From a virus: a stretch of DNA of 64,000 nucleotides. The stretch lies in the IMG/VR virus record IMGVR_UViG_3300005537_000022, positions 1 through 64,000 of that record; one strand, given 5' to 3'. Numbering within the stretch: the first letter of the stretch is position 1; the number at the start of each line of letters is the position of its first letter. A program made the position numbers and the translations under genes. The notes below the pieces were generated by a model. The model was not told where the DNA came from, made no database searches, and saw only the letters and a program-made list of their open reading frames with translations. This document shows positions 45,720-54,901 of the stretch, one piece after another.

Positions 45720-46159
45720 AGCCCCATCGTCTCCTTAACGGACGCCTCGAACAGCGCGGCCACGGCCGGCCCGATGGCGGCCATCGCGTCCTCGGCGAAC
45801 CTGTTCGGCCGCGTTCCCGGGTGGTTCACCCGCTTCGCGAACATGACGGCCCCGTGCCCGCTGTTGCCGACCCAGCGCAGGGCGCGGGCGTGGCGGGCCG
45901 CGATCGGGTGCGGCCCCGTGCCGCCGATGATGTACTTCGCGTACGAGGCCTGGCTGTAGTACATGACCAGCCGGGAGCCCGCCGAGGCTTCCTGCCGGTC
46001 AGCGACCGACTCGCGGAACGCGCCGGTCCGGAACGGGGCGCGGGCCCGCAGCATCTGCCGTCCGAGCGGCGCCGCCCGCGAAGCCCACAGGCCCGAGGCG
46101 GCCTCCCAGTCGAGCTTCGGGAGCCGGCCCTCGCGCTCCACCGTCATCCTGATGCTCAC
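45716..46159 (-). CDS. HK97 gp10-like tail completion protein
   Basis: APFRTG.FR.S, YA.Y...GT.PH.I, VNHPGT.PN.F. Confidence 0.85.
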   Translation of the reverse strand: MSIRMTVEREGRLPKLDWEAASGLWASRAAPLGRQMLRARAPFRTGAFRESVADRQEASAGSRLVMYYSQASYAKYIIGGTGPHPIAARHARALRWVGNSGHGAVMFAKRVNHPGTRPNRFAEDAMAAIGPAVAALFEASVKETMGL

Positions 46160-46662
46160 CCCTGCTTCACCTCCGTGATGCGGAGCTGTATCTCCGTCGA
46201 GAACCAGAGCTGCCGCAGGGACATGGTGGTCCGCTCGGGCGGGTAGTCCATGCCCCAGTTCTCGCCTATGGACGTGATCTGGGTGTCGGTCGCCGCCGTG
46301 GCGTTCGGCCCGACCGGATTACCGGCCGCGTCGATGAACAACGGCATGACAGTGGTCTCGAACACGTCCGTCACCGCGTCGATCACCTGCGTGAACGGCT
46401 CGTTCGCGAGCGCGTCGTCCGGGGTGTCGAGGTAGGCGAGGTAGAGGCTGACCGGCCAGGTGCGCTTGCGGAAGCCGGGCCCGCGCGGCGCGGACTGGCG
46501 CACCACGTCGACCCGGCCCGGCCAGATGTAGGCGCGGGGCTCCTTCAGCTTCTCCGACGTAGGCGGCGTGATGTACGCCTTCAGCGGGCCGGGAACGCCC
46601 GGCGGCATGGCCAGCCCGTCGGCCAGGCCCCGGATATAGCGCGCCACGCTGTACAGCCCCAC
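46156..46662 (-). CDS. putative tail terminator/neck protein
   Basis: position in the head-tail joining module. Confidence 0.6.
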   Translation of the reverse strand: MGLYSVARYIRGLADGLAMPPGVPGPLKAYITPPTSEKLKEPRAYIWPGRVDVVRQSAPRGPGFRKRTWPVSLYLAYLDTPDDALANEPFTQVIDAVTDVFETTVMPLFIDAAGNPVGPNATAATDTQITSIGENWGMDYPPERTTMSLRQLWFSTEIQLRITEVKQG

Positions 46663-46666
46663 GGGC

Positions 46667-46813
46667 TCACCAGATCCCCTTCGGGGCGTTGACCGTCTTC
46701 TTCCCGGCCCCGGCGGACTTGCCGGCGACGGCGCCCTTCGCCTTCTTCGCGGCCAGGGCTGCCGCCCGCCGGTTCCGGCCGGTCCTGCGGCTGCTTCCGC
46801 GCTTGTTCGCCAC
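46667..46813 (-). CDS. 48-aa highly basic peptide (not in ORF track)
   Basis: GAGGAGG RBS, GTG; MANKRGSSRRTGRNRRAAALAAKKAKGAVAGKSAGAGKKTVNAPKGIW. Confidence 0.7.
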   Translation of the reverse strand: MANKRGSSRRTGRNRRAAALAAKKAKGAVAGKSAGAGKKTVNAPKGIW

Positions 46814-46824
46814 GATGCGCCTCC

Positions 46825-47785
46825 TCAGATCACTCTCTTGAAGGGGTCGAGCAGCAGTTCCATCTCCGTCGCGATGTCCGAGATCCCGGAGCCGGAGGAA
46901 ACCTTCTCCCCGGTCAGGGTCTGGATCGTCACCGAGTCGATGCCGCCTTCCAGCGCCTGGATCGCCGCGGCGTAGACCGCGCTCTCGATGACCGTCGCGG
47001 GAAGCGCGGACACGACCGTGCCCGCCTCATGCTGGTACTGGAGCGGCGACGACAGGGTGAGCATGCCGGGGCCGGACAGGGCGAATCCCGCGCCGTTCGG
47101 CAGGGGGAACGCCGTGTTCGCGGTCACCGACGCGACGACGGCCTGCTCGGTCGCGCCGCCGTCGTAGGCGAAGCCGGCCGCCCCCGCCCACCCGGTCACG
47201 TCGTCGACGTACAGCGTTTCCGCCCCCTCCGGGGCGTCCTCGGTGAGCGACGTGTGCGGCCAGCCGTTCACGTGCGACGCCTGGACGAGCAGGCCGCCCC
47301 TGCGCCTGGCCGCCGCCTGCCACGAGATATAGCCGGGGGCGACGTCGACCGTCCAGCTCCCGTCCGGCCCGGTCGGGGCCGCGGAGTCGCCGGAGAAGAC
47401 CAGCGGGTGGCGGATCCGCCACTGCCCGGCCGGAACCGGCGTCCACGCCGCGGGGAACGACCGCGCGGGCGACGTCTGGATCGCCAGGACCTCGGTGACC
47501 GGCCAGCGTTTCATGATGAGCACGCCGTTGCCCGTATCCGGGTCGACGTTGCAGCGGGGCATCCCCGGGCCCGCGGGGTACTCGGTGTTCACCGTGGCCC
47601 GCAGCACCTGGTGAACATAGGTGTCGATGCGGCTGGTGGCCTGCCAGCACATCTGCCGGGCGGCGGCGAGCTGGTCGGCCTCGGTGGACTGCGGGGCGGG
47701 GATGATCGACCACGACACGCCGGGGTAAACCAACCGGGGCGTTGATCAGCATTTGAGGGCTGACATAAGGCGTCCCGAGTGACAT
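46825..47785 (-). CDS. head-tail adaptor-like protein, reading frame broken near 47725
   Basis: GGAGGTGA RBS with MSLGTPYVSPQMLINAP in one frame; GVSWSIIP..ATSRIDTY..LL.PF.R in the +1 frame. Confidence 0.7.
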
Positions 47786-47844
47786 TGGCATCACCTCCCG
47801 GGGAAGACGCTGGGCGATCGGCAGCTTCGCGAACTGGCCGGCCG

Positions 47845-48210
47845 CTAGCAGCCGACGGCGGCCTGGGTTGCGAAGGCCGTCGTCGTCCCCGCCCACTTGA
47901 GGTACCAGCCCGCGGGCAGCCGGACGGTGTACACCGTCCCCGCCGTGGCCGCGGCCGACGCCATGATCGTGGCGGCGTTCGCCGCCGACGTGGGGCCGAT
48001 CGTGATGGACGTCGCGGTACCCGAGGTCGTGCACTCCAGGTAAACCTGGTAATCCCGGGTGGTGTCCGAGAGCTGGGCCGCGGTGCCGCTCGCGAACGAC
48101 GGGGTGAGGACGGGGGCTGAGGCGGCCGTGCTCGTCCCGGCCGGGAACGACACGGGGTCGGTAGGGACGCCGGCCAGGCTGCCGGGGCCGGACGCAAGGG
48201 CGTTGGACAT
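47845..48210 (-). CDS. putative head decoration protein
   Basis: GGAGG RBS; T/A-rich beta protein ending VRLPAGWY. Confidence 0.65.
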   Translation of the reverse strand: MSNALASGPGSLAGVPTDPVSFPAGTSTAASAPVLTPSFASGTAAQLSDTTRDYQVYLECTTSGTATSITIGPTSAANAATIMASAAATAGTVYTVRLPAGWYLKWAGTTTAFATQAAVGC

Positions 48211-48327
48211 GAAAACCTCCGGGCATGGGAAAGCGCCCCGGGGCGGTCGCGTCCGGGGATGGAACGAGCGGTGCAGGGGTTTTCTCACGCGGCCTGGCGC
48301 GGGTCGCGCCGGGTTCGCGGCGGCTTG

Positions 48328-48771
48328 TCAGGCGGACTTGTCCGCCGGGGCCTTCCGCCGCGGTGCGGGCTTGTCCGCAGGCTCGGCGTCGCCTGCGGCG
48401 TCACCTGGCTGCCCCGCGGCGGGACTGGCGGCGGCGCGAAGCTCGGCAAGCTCCCGGCGCAGCTCGGCAAGCTCGGCCGCCAGGTCCGCCGGGGCGCCCG
48501 CGCCATGCGCCTGCTTGCTCAGCTGTACCAGCTCGGACACGGCGGCGTACAGCACGGCCGGGTCCCGGTGCCGCTGCTCGGCTTCCTGGTGCATGCGCTC
48601 GGCGCGCATTTCCTCGTCTTCCCACATCCGCTTCTTGCGGACGTGCTGGCGCAGCAGCCGGTCCGACAGGTCGTCCGGGAAGGTGAACCCGCCGTCGCCG
48701 TCCGGCTCGAACCGGCCGTATTCCGGGTCCTCGTGCGCGATCGCGCCAATGCGCGAGTACAGCCTGGCCAT
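48328..48771 (-). CDS. hypothetical virion-region protein
   Basis: AAAGGAG RBS; follows the capsid gene. Confidence 0.7.
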   Translation of the reverse strand: MARLYSRIGAIAHEDPEYGRFEPDGDGGFTFPDDLSDRLLRQHVRKKRMWEDEEMRAERMHQEAEQRHRDPAVLYAAVSELVQLSKQAHGAGAPADLAAELAELRRELAELRAAASPAAGQPGDAAGDAEPADKPAPRRKAPADKSA

Positions 48772-48792
48772 GCCTGGCGCTCCTTTGAACAC

Positions 48793-48838
48793 GCCGGAAG
48801 CCCGGGAGGCGGAGCAGAATCCCCCCGGGGCTTCCGGC
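48793..48838 (-). terminator. stem-loop downstream of major capsid gene
   Basis: GCCGGAAGCCC / GGGCTTCCGGC stem. Confidence 0.6.
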
Positions 48839-48901
48839 ACGGGCGTTTGAGCCGCGATGCCGCGGCGGTGCTTTTCGGTGCAGTCGGCCGGTTACGTTCG
48901 G

Positions 48902-50404
48902 TTAGCCCACGTTCTGGAGCACGGACATGGCGAGCGGGGCGCGGTTCACGAAGGCGCCGTTGCACCTCAGCTCCGTCTCGCGGCGCGGGCCGCCGCCGGC
49001 CGTGTTCGCGATCCGGGAGGCGGCGTACTCGAACTGCGTCATGTCCCGCAGCGCCCGGTAGGCGAGCACCGAGGAAATGTTGGCCTGCGGGAACGGAACG
49101 CGGTCGCTGCGCGCGATGATCGTGCCCGGGGGCACCGACACGTGGACCTCGATCGGCACGGGAATGCCGCCCGCGGGGGCGTTGAGCACGTGCCCGACCC
49201 GGCCGCCGGCCACGACGTCGACACGGCCGTTCTTGTCGGTGTTGAGGAACGTCGTCGCCGAGTTGCTGCCCAGGATCAGGTTGGCTATCTCCTGCGCTTG
49301 GGCCGCGTTCACCATGATCGCGGTCGGGGAGACCTTGATCGACTGCCACAGCGCCAGGAACAGGTACTGCTCGATCTCGGTGACGGTGCCGCCGGTCAGG
49401 GTGAGGGCGGCCCCGTTGAGGCTCGTGTTGATCGACGGGTTAGCAGTGCCGGTGCCGGTGGTGACCCACTGGCCGGTGGCGTTGTAGTCGCCGGACAGGG
49501 TGGCGAGCAGGCCGTCCATGTCCGCGGCGTTCGCCGACCCGTTGTCGGCGCCGCTGTTGAAGGTCGGGACCGTGTTCGCGATGCCCTTCCAGCCGGTCGA
49601 CAGGTCCGGGACGGTGATGGCGGACGGGAGCGCCTGATTCGAGGTGATGACCTTGGTCATCGTGACCGCGTTGGTGGTCGTGGTCGTGTAGTAGTACCAG
49701 GTCGTGCCGTTGCTGGACTGGAACCAGTCGTAGCAGACCGCGCCGCGTACGCTGGCCACCGAGGCGGTGATCGAGTTCGTCGTCCCGGACCCGAACGTGG
49801 TGCTGCTGCTGTTGCCCTGGCTGTTGCCCGAGCCGTAGTAGTACCCGCTGCCAGTCCGGGCCGCAACGCCGACGTACACCTGGACGGCGCCGATGGTGCC
49901 GCCTGTGCCGACCTGGGTGAGCGACGGCGCCGCCGGCTGGACCAGCGCGAACGACTGCGCGCCGATGAACTTGCGGTCCTTCGCGATCAGCATCTGGTTG
50001 ACCAGGTTGAACGTCGCGACCGCGAAGGGGTCCGCGTATCCCAGGGCGAGATCGTAGGAGTCCTGGGTGACGATGGTGTCGAACGACAGCACCTTGTATG
50101 CGGCCTGGAAGTCCTGCTCGCTGAAGACCAGCTCGGAGCCGGCGTAGTCGAACGGGGTGGCCGGGTCGGGCTGGGCGGCGTTGGTGTTGAGGATCGCCCG
50201 CCAGACGGCGTACTTGTTTCCGTCCTGGCTCTTCTCCGTCGGGATCATGTCGAAGAACGGGGTGACGACCGGGACCTGGGAGACCAGGCCGGACAGGTCG
50301 TAGGACGTGATTCCGGTGGCAGTGGTGATGCCGGTGGTCTGCGCCTTGGCGATATCCGCCATGGCCGCGAGGGTCTCCTCGGAGATCTCCTGCTGCGTGG
50401 GCAC
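48902..50404 (-). CDS. major capsid protein with central inserted domain
   Basis: 500 aa after scaffold; very high GC3; YDL..VPVVTPF, DGLL, I.VH..VPPGTI; GGAAGGAGG RBS. Confidence 0.8.
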   Translation of the reverse strand: MPTQQEISEETLAAMADIAKAQTTGITTATGITSYDLSGLVSQVPVVTPFFDMIPTEKSQDGNKYAVWRAILNTNAAQPDPATPFDYAGSELVFSEQDFQAAYKVLSFDTIVTQDSYDLALGYADPFAVATFNLVNQMLIAKDRKFIGAQSFALVQPAAPSLTQVGTGGTIGAVQVYVGVAARTGSGYYYGSGNSQGNSSSTTFGSGTTNSITASVASVRGAVCYDWFQSSNGTTWYYYTTTTTNAVTMTKVITSNQALPSAITVPDLSTGWKGIANTVPTFNSGADNGSANAADMDGLLATLSGDYNATGQWVTTGTGTANPSINTSLNGAALTLTGGTVTEIEQYLFLALWQSIKVSPTAIMVNAAQAQEIANLILGSNSATTFLNTDKNGRVDVVAGGRVGHVLNAPAGGIPVPIEVHVSVPPGTIIARSDRVPFPQANISSVLAYRALRDMTQFEYAASRIANTAGGGPRRETELRCNGAFVNRAPLAMSVLQNVG

Positions 50405-50430
50405 GATGCCTCCTTCCGGGGGGCATGCGA

Positions 50431-50458
50431 AAGCCCCCGGAGCGGTGCTCACGGGGGC
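50431..50458 (-). terminator. terminator/attenuator-like hairpin before capsid gene
   Basis: GCCCCCGTGAGC/GCTCCGGGGGC plus TTTC on - strand. Confidence 0.6.
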
Positions 50459-50481
50459 TGGTTCGGTCTTAGGGCGGAGCG

Positions 50482-52500
50482 CTACCGGCGGGCGCCGTGG
50501 ATGGCCTCAAGGTGCGTGATGGCCGACCGGTTCAGCTCGGCCGCGATCCGGTTGGCCTCGGCGGGGTCCGCCGTGTACATGCGCTGCTTCATCTCCCTGG
50601 CCTTGGCCACGTCGATGAGGGGCGCCGCCCCGTGGTCCTGTCCGCGAAGCTGGCTCGCCGGGGGGACCTGCCCGTTCGTGAATACCTTCGGCGCGGCGGG
50701 CGTCTCCTCCACCTTCGCGATGCGGGCCTCCAGCTCCCCGACCTTCGCGAGCGCCCCGGCGACGTCGGCCTGCTTGGCCACGTCCTGTGCCGGGGGCATC
50801 GCGCCGAGCGCTGCTGCCACTGCCTTCGCGACGGCGCTCTCGAGCGCGCCTTCCGTCACCGTGATCACGCCTGTGCCCGCGGCCTTCCCGACCGCGTCGG
50901 CGGGGGTTCCCGCGTCGGCCGGGGGCTGCGGGGTCATGTCGCCGGCATCCGGGGCGGCGTCCTGCGCCCCGTCGCCGTCCGTGCCGTCCGCGGCGGGCTT
51001 GCCGCCCGCGCCGGTGACCGGCTGGATCGCGTCGGGGTCGACGATGCCGATGAGGTCGCCGTCCTGGTCGAACACGGCCTGCATCGCCTTCTTCTCCCCG
51101 TCGCCGTCGGCCTTCGCGACGCGGAGCGCGATCGACTCCGTGTCGGTGACGCCGACGAGGCGCCGGCCCTGGTCGTAGACGAGGGTGAGCGCGGCCTTGA
51201 CGACCTGGCGCCCGGGGACGTCGCCGGGGAGCGCCGCGGCGGAGCCGGCCGCCACGGGCTCGCCCGGGGCGGCGTCGCGGGCCTGCCCGGCGGGGGATGC
51301 GGTCTCCTTGGCGACGTCCGCCGCCTTGGTCTCGGGCACGGTGCCCTCCTTCTCCTTGGCGACCGGCTCTGCGGCCTGGGGTGCGGACGGGAGGCTCGCG
51401 AGCACGTCGCCGAGGGCCTGCGCGGCGTCCCGGATCTTCGTCTCGTTGCTGGCGGACAGGACGCGGCCGGACTTGGCGACGGCCGCCAGTCCCTCGGCGG
51501 CGTCAAGGTGCGCGGTATCGAACCCGGCGAGCGCCTTGCACATCTCCGCCATCTCCGCGCCGATCTCCGCCTCGGCCTGCTCCCCGGCGGCGAACACCGC
51601 GAGGTTCCCGATGGCGTAGTCGATGGCGCAGGCGGCGTCCTCAAGGCTGAACGCGTTCTCCGCGTCGGACGGGTCGGCGGAGGCGGCTTCGAGCATTTCC
51701 CGCTCGGCGAGCATGCACAGGGCGTTCTTCGCGCGGGCGAGGATGCCCGCCCACTTCTGGGCGGTCGCCGCGTCGATCGCCTCCCACGCCGGGGAACCGG
51801 GGTCGGTCGGGTCGCCCGGGACGTCCATCTCGTCATCGGGGGCGGCGAGAGGAGTCGTCGGGTCCATGCCGTCGATGCCCTCGTCGAGGACGACGGCGTC
51901 CCCGGCCATGTCCATTACGTCCTTGCTCACCGCGTACGGCACGCCGGCCTCCTTGGAAACCTTCTTCTCGCCGAACCTCCGCTGGGCGGCTTCGACCTTG
52001 GGCTTCGCCTTGTCGCCGAACTTCGCGCCCTGGGCGATGCGGGCGGCGGCGTTGTCCGCGTGGGCCTTGTCGTGGATGGCGAAGTGCCGCAGCGAGCGCG
52101 GGGTCGTCTTGCCCTCGGCGTCCTTCTTGCCGCCCGGTTCGATGTAGGCGAATGCCGAGTCGGGCAAGTCGTTGAGGCTCTTCGTGCTCATGTCGGCCTT
52201 GGCGACGGAACCGGCTGGGTCCGCCTCGCGTACGCTCGCGGCGTGGATGAACGCGGCCATCGCCGCCGGGGAGCCCTTGATGACGATCCCGTTCGGCAAG
52301 GTCGTTTCCCCCGCCTCGGCTACGGCTGGCACGGGGGCCTCCTCGATGAGGTCGCGGACGAAATCAGGCTCGAGAAGACCGCCGCCTTCCGTGCCCTTCA
52401 TGACGAGCCACTCATCGACGCCGTGCGCCGGAGCGCTCACCAGGTCGGCGCGCGGCAGGTCGGCGTCGAACAGGCCCGTGAACTCCTCGTCGTCATCCAT
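50482..52500 (-). CDS. capsid scaffolding/maturation protein
   Basis: acidic Ala-rich; DLVSAPA..LVMK N-terminus, LPDSAFAYIEPGG..RHF.IHD module, KSGRVLS.SN motif. Confidence 0.7.
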   Translation of the reverse strand: MDDDEEFTGLFDADLPRADLVSAPAHGVDEWLVMKGTEGGGLLEPDFVRDLIEEAPVPAVAEAGETTLPNGIVIKGSPAAMAAFIHAASVREADPAGSVAKADMSTKSLNDLPDSAFAYIEPGGKKDAEGKTTPRSLRHFAIHDKAHADNAAARIAQGAKFGDKAKPKVEAAQRRFGEKKVSKEAGVPYAVSKDVMDMAGDAVVLDEGIDGMDPTTPLAAPDDEMDVPGDPTDPGSPAWEAIDAATAQKWAGILARAKNALCMLAEREMLEAASADPSDAENAFSLEDAACAIDYAIGNLAVFAAGEQAEAEIGAEMAEMCKALAGFDTAHLDAAEGLAAVAKSGRVLSASNETKIRDAAQALGDVLASLPSAPQAAEPVAKEKEGTVPETKAADVAKETASPAGQARDAAPGEPVAAGSAAALPGDVPGRQVVKAALTLVYDQGRRLVGVTDTESIALRVAKADGDGEKKAMQAVFDQDGDLIGIVDPDAIQPVTGAGGKPAADGTDGDGAQDAAPDAGDMTPQPPADAGTPADAVGKAAGTGVITVTEGALESAVAKAVAAALGAMPPAQDVAKQADVAGALAKVGELEARIAKVEETPAAPKVFTNGQVPPASQLRGQDHGAAPLIDVAKAREMKQRMYTADPAEANRIAAELNRSAITHLEAIHGARR

Positions 52501-52519
52501 CAGCGACCGCCTTGCCTGC

Positions 52520-53038
52520 TCATGCCGTCTCGATCCGGCGGCGGGCCGCCCGGCCCTGCGGGGAGAAGCCGTTCACGCGCCGGGATTTCGCCAGGCTCCA
52601 CGCGTACTCGTCGCAGATCCCGCCGATCAGCCATGCCATGCCGGACTTGATCACCAGGCCGCTGGGCTGCTCCCAGTCCGGCCCCCGGTAGATGTAGTTC
52701 TCGGTGACCGTCATGTGGCCGAGGGTGCCGTCCAGGTGGGCGATGCCGATCTGGCCGCCGCCGGGAAGGAAACTCCAGCAGGCTTTCTCAAGCTCGTCGG
52801 GGGTGAAGGTGTCCCGGCCGCCGTCCTGGCCCTTGCGGATGCGCGGGTCGGGGCCCGCCTGGTAGGCCAGCCCGAGGAGGAAGCGCTTCTCGTCGCCGGA
52901 CTTGGCCACGGGAAGCGCCTGCCGGACCACGCCCCGCCGTACCGGGGCCGGGAGCTGGCGGGCGGCGTCCTCGGCGAGGATCTTTCGGATCTCCGCCCGC
53001 AGCGTGTCCGGGTCGATGTTCACCAGCACGGCCACCAC
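52520..53038 (-). CDS. XkdF-like prohead serine protease domain
   Basis: EKRF.LG.AY, D...D.F...ELEKA, H, W...K...NGFS.QG. Confidence 0.8.
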   Translation of the reverse strand: MVAVLVNIDPDTLRAEIRKILAEDAARQLPAPVRRGVVRQALPVAKSGDEKRFLLGLAYQAGPDPRIRKGQDGGRDTFTPDELEKACWSFLPGGGQIGIAHLDGTLGHMTVTENYIYRGPDWEQPSGLVIKSGMAWLIGGICDEYAWSLAKSRRVNGFSPQGRAARRRIETA

Positions 53039-53061
53039 GTCACCTCCGCGAGAATGAGCGT

Positions 53062-53526
53062 GTGAGCGAAGACATCCACCGGGAAGGGCGAAGGCCGGTG
53101 AGCGGGCGAGACGAGCTGGTCCCGTGGCTGCGGCAGCGAATCCGCGAGCGCCGCTACCTTGCCGGGCGGGCCATCGAGCTGGGCAACGCGGCCGTGTGGG
53201 AAGAGACGAGCAGCGGCGTCCTCGTTACCGGCGAGCCGACCGAGGCTGACGCCTGGCACGGCACCTGGGCGATGGGCGACTCGTCGCTAGCCCGGCTGAT
53301 GGAAGCCAACGACCCGAGGGACACGATCGCCCGGTGCGAGTCCGAGCTTGCGGTCCTTGACCTGCACGACGCCGAGCCGCTTGAGACGGACCTGCCTGAC
53401 GGCGACTACCGGGTCCGGCAGGTCTGCACTCGGTGTGATGACGGCTACTGGCCTTGCCGTACCGTCCGCCTGCTCGGCTACGGGTACCGCTGGCAGCCCG
53501 GCTACAGGGAGGAGTGGAAGCCGTGA
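53062..53526 (+). CDS. DUF6221-like protein (second copy)
   Basis: WLRQRI...NDP....A.CE....LDLH...WPCRTVRLL...Y...PGYREEWKP; GAGAAT-N6-GTG. Confidence 0.75.
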   Translation: MSEDIHREGRRPVSGRDELVPWLRQRIRERRYLAGRAIELGNAAVWEETSSGVLVTGEPTEADAWHGTWAMGDSSLARLMEANDPRDTIARCESELAVLDLHDAEPLETDLPDGDYRVRQVCTRCDDGYWPCRTVRLLGYGYRWQPGYREEWKP

Positions 53527-53708
53527 GCGAAGACGACTGTTACGACGGCTTCCTGCCGGCACTCGCGCGAGTGGGCGACGACGTGACGCTGACGTGGGAG
53601 ATTGTCAGCCGCGTCCTTTACGAGATGCGGAACGCCGAGAACGCGTACGGGCCGGGCGGCCCGTTGCCGGCTCGGCGGCTGGGGCGGCCAGGTGCCCGCC
53701 TCGCCTGA
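53523..53708 (+). CDS. small hypothetical protein
   Basis: GTGA coupling; overlaps the convergent gene by about 90 bp. Confidence 0.4.
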   Translation: MSEDDCYDGFLPALARVGDDVTLTWEIVSRVLYEMRNAENAYGPGGPLPARRLGRPGARLA

Positions 53709-53995
53709 TCTGCCAGTACGCGGATGACGCGCTCACTGAATGCCTCGTCGTCCTCCGGCTTCGCGACGGCCAGCCCTTCCCCTATGACGACGAGCACGCG
53801 GAACGGGAGGCCCTGCGCGTCAAGGACCTGCTGGTAGCAGTCGGCCTGGCCGGGCGTCCAGTCCGTGACCCGGATGACCAGCGTCTCGCCCGGCTTCACG
53901 ACGGCGTGCCCGGCGATCACCTCGATGATCCGGTCGCGGAGTGCTTCCTCGTCGATCTCGGGGACGAGTTTCACGTGCATGGCCGCGTCAGCCAT
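53618..53995 (-). CDS. hypothetical protein
   Basis: VVKPGETLVIR motif; GAGAGG RBS. Confidence 0.6.
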   Translation of the reverse strand: MADAAMHVKLVPEIDEEALRDRIIEVIAGHAVVKPGETLVIRVTDWTPGQADCYQQVLDAQGLPFRVLVVIGEGLAVAKPEDDEAFSERVIRVLADQARRAPGRPSRRAGNGPPGPYAFSAFRIS

Positions 53996-54434
53996 GACCC
54001 TCTCCCAGAGCGCCGATCTCGGCTGCGGCACGGGCCCGGACCCGCATCTCGCCGACGAGGAACGGGAACGTGGCCGTCCGGAACCCGCCGCCGTCCGGCA
54101 CCGGCTCGCCGAACAGCGGCTCGCCGTCCTCGTCCGTCAGCATGGTCAGGTCGGCGGTGACGAGCGCCTCGGCATTCGCGCGGATCGTGATGTCAGTGCA
54201 GGTCTTGATCTGCGCGCCCGACACGGCGTCGGTGACCGTCAGCAGGCAGCCGGCCATGACGTTGTACGGGCTGCCGGCGTTCACCGGGGCCGGCCATTCG
54301 ATGATGATCACGCCCCGGTACGGTGCGGCTTCCCGCTCCTGCCTCGCGCCCTCAGCGGGAACGCGCAGGACCGTCAGGCCCTCGGGCACCGCGAAGCCGC
54401 CGTCGCCGACGGGGCATGGGCTGTCGTCGCTCAA
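53988..54434 (-). CDS. hypothetical protein
   Basis: high GC3; TTG overlapping upstream stop. Confidence 0.6.
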   Translation of the reverse strand: MSDDSPCPVGDGGFAVPEGLTVLRVPAEGARQEREAAPYRGVIIIEWPAPVNAGSPYNVMAGCLLTVTDAVSGAQIKTCTDITIRANAEALVTADLTMLTDEDGEPLFGEPVPDGGGFRTATFPFLVGEMRVRARAAAEIGALGEGHG

Positions 54435-54865
54435 GCTGCGCACTCCCCGGTAATCGTCACGCCGCCGCCGAATACCGCCGGCCGGCTTTTGGTTGCCGTC
54501 GCCCACGAGACAAGCCCCACCGCCTCGTCGGCTCGCTTTTCGTCGGCCACCGCCATGTACCGGGCGCGGCCGGCGTCCCCCTGGCAAGAGGCGAATGTCC
54601 AGATGCCGGCTTCCCACAGGAGCCTGGCGTCGGCATGGATTCCCAGGTCCACCCACGCGACGCGACCGCCGGCTATCAGCAGTTCCTGCCGGTGGCGGGC
54701 CCCCGCCCAGAGGTACCCGGCCCCGCGCTTATGGGCCGCGCCCCCAGGGCAGTCGCACTGGACGAAGCCGGAGTGGAGCCCGGCCCAGGGCGTCGGGTAC
54801 ATCAGCGCCCCGTAGCACTTAACGCACCCGGCGTTGAGAACACGGGGCATCAGGCGCTCGTTCAC
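54431..54865 (-). CDS. hypothetical protein
   Basis: VD.GI....LW.AGI.T..SCQG motif. Confidence 0.55.
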   Translation of the reverse strand: MNERLMPRVLNAGCVKCYGALMYPTPWAGLHSGFVQCDCPGGAAHKRGAGYLWAGARHRQELLIAGGRVAWVDLGIHADARLLWEAGIWTFASCQGDAGRARYMAVADEKRADEAVGLVSWATATKSRPAVFGGGVTITGECAA

Positions 54866-54901
54866 GCCTGCTCGCCGCGTTCGCCAGGGATGATGGCCGG
54901 C

